Shown here: piece by piece, positions 60,031-64,000 of the stretch | Layout: each line of letters starts with the position of its first letter | Numbering within the stretch: the first letter of the stretch is position 1 | DNA from: Candidatus Pampinifervens sinense | GTDB lineage: Bacteria; Aquificota; Aquificia; Aquificales; Aquificaceae | NCBI GenBank assembly: GCA_037927135.1 | Contig: JAXSPP010000002.1 | Span: forward strand, 1 to 64,000 | Direction: 5' to 3' | Length of the DNA: 64,000 nt | Notes under the pieces: generated by a model | The model's database searches: none | What the model was told of the DNA's origin: nothing | What the model saw: only the letters and a program-made list of their open reading frames with translations | Program-made: the position numbers and the translations under genes

Positions 60031-61224
60031 ATGGTAAAGGAAATCATAGAACAAATAAGTAAGAAGCTGGAAGATGGCCTGCTTGTAGAGCTTCCCGATG
60101 GTATCTGTTATGGACAGGGGAAAAACAAAATAAAGATCACAAAAAGGGAAGCCATCAAAGAGATACTCAGAGACCCTGAGATGGGCTTTGGTGAAGCTTA
60201 CATGAAGGGGGACATAATAGTGGAAGGAGATTTGGAGAAGGTTTTGATGGCCTGTATGGAGTATTTGGCTTCCAATGAAAAGAGGAGTCTAAAAGATACC
60301 TTTTCATACCTTTTTAGGTTTTTGCTAAAAGGTCTAAGGCTCATAAAAGGCTTGGAAGGGAAGGAAGTAAGAAGGCATTATGACCTTGGAAACGATTTTT
60401 ATAGACTTTGGCTTGATAGCTCCATGACTTACTCCTGTGCCTTCTTCTCAGAGCCCAACATGTCTCTTGAGGAGGCACAAAGCGAAAAGAGAAGGATAAT
60501 CTATGAAAAACTGCAGTTAAAGGAGGGTGATAGGCTGTTGGATATTGGCTGTGGATGGGGTTCAATCATACTTGAGAGCGCATCCCTTTATAACATAAGG
60601 TCTGTGGGTATAACCCTCTCTAAAAACCAGTATGAGTTTGTAAAGGAGAAGATAGAAGAGCTTGGCCTAAAAGGGAAGGTGGAGGTCTATCTTATGCACT
60701 ACGAGGACCTTCCCAAGCTTGGAGAAAAGTTCAATAAAGTGGTCTCCGTTGGTATGTTTGAGCATGTAGGAAAAGGAAGACACAGAAAGTTCTTTGAGGT
60801 GGTAAGCCAGATCATGGAAGAGTGTGGGCTCTTTTTACTGCATACTATAGGGAAGGTTCACCCATCAAGCCAAAGCAGGTGGATAAGAAAGTATATATTT
60901 CCCGGCGGATACCTGCCTTCCATAGAGGAGGTGCTGAGGGCCTCTAAGGGCCTTGGCTTTAACCTAATAGACATAGACGACTGGAGGCTTCACTACTACT
61001 TTACCCTCAAAGAGTGGAGAGAGAGATTCTACAAAGCTAAGGACTGGGTCATAAAAAGGTATGGAGAGGAGTTCTTTAGGATGTGGGAGCTTTATCTTAC
61101 TGCCTCTGCCGTTTCCTTCTACATAGGTAGCAACCACCTATTCCAATTCCTCTTCTCTAAGGGTGTGGTAAATAGCTATCCTGTGATGAGAAGGCAGTTT
61201 GGCTATCCACTTTTGACCGCTTGA
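60031..61224 (+). CDS. cfa: cyclopropane-fatty-acyl-phospholipid synthase
   Basis: HYDLGNDFY, MTYSCA, LDIGCGWG, SVGMFEHVG, YIFPGG.LP, HY..TL..W, RMW.LYL; GAGGAGG SD. Confidence 0.93.
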   Translation: MVKEIIEQISKKLEDGLLVELPDGICYGQGKNKIKITKREAIKEILRDPEMGFGEAYMKGDIIVEGDLEKVLMACMEYLASNEKRSLKDTFSYLFRFLLKGLRLIKGLEGKEVRRHYDLGNDFYRLWLDSSMTYSCAFFSEPNMSLEEAQSEKRRIIYEKLQLKEGDRLLDIGCGWGSIILESASLYNIRSVGITLSKNQYEFVKEKIEELGLKGKVEVYLMHYEDLPKLGEKFNKVVSVGMFEHVGKGRHRKFFEVVSQIMEECGLFLLHTIGKVHPSSQSRWIRKYIFPGGYLPSIEEVLRASKGLGFNLIDIDDWRLHYYFTLKEWRERFYKAKDWVIKRYGEEFFRMWELYLTASAVSFYIGSNHLFQFLFSKGVVNSYPVMRRQFGYPLLTA

Positions 61225-61967
61225 AGGTCCCCAAGCCCTTTCTTTATAAACTCCCTTACAAAGGGAATACTGGAGTTTAATATCTCCTCTTTTGTTCCTA
61301 TTTGAACCAGTTCACCATCCCTTAGTATGAGTATGCGGTCTGAGATGGAGAAGGCCGACACAAGATCATGAGATACCACTATGGCCGTAGAGTTTGTCTT
61401 GTCTCTGAGGCTTACAATAAGTTCATCTATTAGCCTACTAGTTATGGGGTCAAGGCCAGAGGTGGGCTCATCGTAGATTATAAGCCTTGGCTCCGTGGCT
61501 ATAGCCCTTGCTATTCCTACCCTCTTTCTCATACCACCTGAAAGCTCAGAAGGATACATATCAAGGTGTTCCTCTGAGAGGCCAACCAAGCTCAAATACT
61601 TTTTGGCCATTTCTTTTAGCTCTTCCTCTTTGAAATTCCCATGCTCCAAGTAGTAAAATACCACATTCTCCCAAACCTTTAAGCTGTCAAAAAGGGCAGC
61701 ACCCTGAAAAACGTAGCCTATATCCTTCCTCATTCTGTCCAGCTCAAACTGGCTTAGTTTGGGTACCTCCTTTCCAAAAACCTCCACCTTGCCAGAGGTA
61801 GGCCTATAGAGACCTACCAAACACTTGGTAATGGTAGTCTTTCCGCTTCCACTACCACCCAGTATGGTAAATATCTCACCTTCATAGACCTCAAAGCTTA
61901 TATCCTTTAAAATCTCCCTTCCGTTTATGTTAAGGCGTAGGTTCTCAACCCTTACTATGCTCTTCAT
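61203..61967 (-). CDS. ABC transporter ATPase, MlaF/Mkl type
   Basis: GGSGSGKT, FQGAALFDSL, PSELSGGMRKRV, YDEPTSGLDP, SHD. Confidence 0.9.
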   Translation of the reverse strand: MKSIVRVENLRLNINGREILKDISFEVYEGEIFTILGGSGSGKTTITKCLVGLYRPTSGKVEVFGKEVPKLSQFELDRMRKDIGYVFQGAALFDSLKVWENVVFYYLEHGNFKEEELKEMAKKYLSLVGLSEEHLDMYPSELSGGMRKRVGIARAIATEPRLIIYDEPTSGLDPITSRLIDELIVSLRDKTNSTAIVVSHDLVSAFSISDRILILRDGELVQIGTKEEILNSSIPFVREFIKKGLGDLQAVKSG

Positions 61968-62401
61968 AAGCTTTTTAAGGCTTCCAGCACTAGCTTATCC
62001 AGCTCACCAGCCTTTTGAAGATCTCCAGTATGCATAAAGGGTATGGTGCCCGTTATGGTGCCACCTGGGAAAAGGTTGTTTTCTATGTTGTATATCTCCA
62101 TCTCAAAGACAGAAACGGGAAACTTTACCTCATCTATCCTATCCTTTATCATGCTTGCCTTTCCATAACATGCCAAAGCCTTATCTTGGGCTATAAGCAT
62201 AAGGGATGCTGTGCCAGTTTGAAGTATATTTTTGGCGCTTTTGGCGTTGGCACTAAGGGCTATCCTTATGGTTTTGTCATCTACAGGATACACCCATGTT
62301 ATAAAGGTCAGATGAGGGTTTCCATCCTTATCCACCGTGCAAAGCACTGCAGGAAAAACACCAAGATTACGCATAAGTTCTACAAGATCCCTTGGAAGCA
62401 T
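61964..62401 (-). CDS. pyridoxamine 5'-phosphate oxidase-like FMN-binding split-barrel protein
   Basis: VL.TVDKDG.PH, S..NI...G pattern. Confidence 0.75.
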   Translation of the reverse strand: MLPRDLVELMRNLGVFPAVLCTVDKDGNPHLTFITWVYPVDDKTIRIALSANAKSAKNILQTGTASLMLIAQDKALACYGKASMIKDRIDEVKFPVSVFEMEIYNIENNLFPGGTITGTIPFMHTGDLQKAGELDKLVLEALKSL

Positions 62402-62404
62402 CCT

Positions 62405-62980
62405 CTACCTCCTTTGAATTTTCATAAAAATATAGGCCCTTTGAAGGGTGGTGAAAAGGGAACCTATGGCTATTATCAACACCGCAAGGAATAGCATATC
62501 AAGGACAATGCCCAAAAGAAGGACCATCCATCTTTCGGGCCTCCCAAAGGTGCCTACCTTTAACTCAAAGCCAAGCCCCTCAGTCCTTGCCCTTGCGTAG
62601 CTAACCGTGTAAGAAAAAACCATAGCAAGCATGGAAAAAAGGGAAAGTACTTTGTCTTCCGAAGATAGGGCTATAGCTATGAAGGGAAGGGCATCGGAAA
62701 TTCTGTCCATAAGAGAGTCAAAGAAGGCACCAAAGGGCGAATTTCTGCCAGAACGCCTTGCAAGGCTACCGTCTATAGCATCACACAAAGCACCCAAAAG
62801 TAAAAAGATAAAGCTTATAAGGTTTTGGCCAAGGTAGAGGAAAAGGGAGCCTATGGCCACAAGCAAAAGCCCCAGTAGGGTTATAAGATTAGGGGTAGTG
62901 CCAAGCCTATGAAGTAAATCTACCAATGGCTCTGTTAGCCTTTCAAAGGTTGGTTTTAACTCTCTTACAAGGTAGCTCAT
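62405..62980 (-). CDS. CDP-alcohol phosphatidyltransferase (phosphatidylinositol-phosphate synthase-like)
   Basis: TPN.IT, DAIDGSLAR...S.FGAFFDS..DR.SD, SYARAR.EGLG, RPER. Confidence 0.9.
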   Translation of the reverse strand: MSYLVRELKPTFERLTEPLVDLLHRLGTTPNLITLLGLLLVAIGSLFLYLGQNLISFIFLLLGALCDAIDGSLARRSGRNSPFGAFFDSLMDRISDALPFIAIALSSEDKVLSLFSMLAMVFSYTVSYARARTEGLGFELKVGTFGRPERWMVLLLGIVLDMLFLAVLIIAIGSLFTTLQRAYIFMKIQRR

Positions 62981-62992
62981 AGTATTCTCCTG

Positions 62993-63080
62993 CGGCGAGG
63001 GAGGGATTCGAACCCCCGGTGGGCTTTGAACCCACAGCGATTTTCGAGACCGCCCCGTTCGTCCACTCCGGCACCTCGCC
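62993..63080 (-). tRNA. tRNA-Ser(CGA)
   Basis: Acceptor GGCGAGG/CCTCGCC, anticodon arm GCGGT-CT-CGA-AA-ATCGC, long variable arm, GGTTCGAATCC; no CCA. Confidence 0.95.
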
Positions 63081-63105
63081 TATCCTATAATTATATTCCA
63101 ACAGC

Positions 63106-63843
63106 ATGCTAAACCTTGCGGTAGTCCAATACAGGCCAGCCTTTGGAAAAGTAGAGGAAAACCTTTCTAAGGTGTTGGACATGCTCAAATACATAAAGGA
63201 AGGTTCCATAGTAGCCTTGCCAGAGATGTGGCAGTGTGGCTTTGACTACGAAAACTTAGACAAGCATGCGGAAAATACAGAGGATGTGTTGGAAGAGATA
63301 AGAAGGGTTTCTTTTGAGAAGGATCTTACTCTTGTAGGCACATACCCTTTAAAGCTTGAAGGAAAGATATACAACTCGGCCATTCTGGTGGAAAGGGGCA
63401 AAATAATAGGCATAAGGCACAAGATAAAGCTATTTCCTTTGTATGAAGAGCCAAAACATTTTACTCCGGGCGTAGAAAACCCGGTCTTTGAAAGCTATAA
63501 GGCAAAAATTGGCATCCTCATCTGCTTTGAACTGAGATTTCCTGAACTTTCACAAAGCTTAAAAGAAGCGGATATTTTAATAGTGCCTTCCATGTGGGGT
63601 GAGAAAAGAAAGGAACACCTAAAAGCTTTATCCAGGGCTAGGGCTGTAGAAAATCAATCCTTTTTGATGCTCTCCAACGCTTGGGGAAAGGTGGGAGGGG
63701 AGGAGTATGCTGGGCATTCTGCCATATACAGCCCTTGGGGAGAGGTGCTTGCCTTTTCTGAAAGAGGAGATAGCATACTTCAGGTAGGTGTGGAAAGGGA
63801 ACAGGTGCAAAGGGTAAGGGAACTTATACCCCTTAGGTTTTAA
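63106..63843 (+). CDS. carbon-nitrogen hydrolase (nitrilase/omega-amidase family)
   Basis: LPE, YNSA, H.K..LF, ICFELRFPE, RARAVENQ, GHSAIY.PWG. Confidence 0.9.
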   Translation: MLNLAVVQYRPAFGKVEENLSKVLDMLKYIKEGSIVALPEMWQCGFDYENLDKHAENTEDVLEEIRRVSFEKDLTLVGTYPLKLEGKIYNSAILVERGKIIGIRHKIKLFPLYEEPKHFTPGVENPVFESYKAKIGILICFELRFPELSQSLKEADILIVPSMWGEKRKEHLKALSRARAVENQSFLMLSNAWGKVGGEEYAGHSAIYSPWGEVLAFSERGDSILQVGVEREQVQRVRELIPLRF

Positions 63844-64000
63844 AACTCTTCCAGTTCTCCCTCCTCAAAGGTCACTTTTTCCATAGCTGAGATAAGCCTT
63901 TCAAAGACTGTATAAAAGTCATCGCTTATGTTCCTTACATACTTTCCATACTCCATCTGGAAGGCCTTTGAAACTATGGCCTCCTTCTGAAGGGCGTTCT
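63840..64000 (-). CDS. 3' end of a hypothetical protein running off the window
   Basis: Open frame ...NALQKEAIVSKAFQMEYGKYVRNISDDFYTVFERLISAMEKVTFEEGELEEF*. Confidence 0.6.
   Translation of the reverse strand, partial: NALQKEAIVSKAFQMEYGKYVRNISDDFYTVFERLISAMEKVTFEEGELEEF

Overview
64-kb stretch of a densely packed bacterial chromosome. Gene content points to a thermophilic Aquificaceae (Hydrogenobacter/Thermocrinis-like): five-subunit pyruvate:ferredoxin oxidoreductase, short MutL, and PolA without a 5'-3' exonuclease domain. This assignment is an inference. Most of the window is housekeeping (purC, malQ, recJ, murC, lgt, mutL, hisF, porEDABG, purD, polA, flgHI, rnr, rpsO, pnp, dut, queA, guaB, cfa) plus three tRNA genes without encoded CCA. 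Three regions stand out. (1) A sulfate-assimilation operon (51099-56700) whose first gene fuses sulfite reductase, a ubiquitin-like sulfur carrier with an internal Gly-Gly, and APS reductase. It sits behind a sigma54 promoter and tandem enhancer-like palindromes, opposite a sigma54 activator. (2) An AT-rich island between queA and guaB (about 35560-42330) with two radical SAM/SPASM genes (one 5'-truncated), an HExxH protein, an outer-membrane beta-barrel, an uncalled ribbon-helix-helix gene and a LemA-DUF3137-like fusion. (3) A possibly decaying sulfur-oxyanion sensing/respiration locus: frameshifted binding protein and kinase, a Walker-B-variant regulator, a TtrA-like remnant, a TorD-like chaperone and a truncated porin. 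No CRISPR array, rRNA, integrase or transposase was seen. All family calls come from motifs read by eye; no database searches were run.
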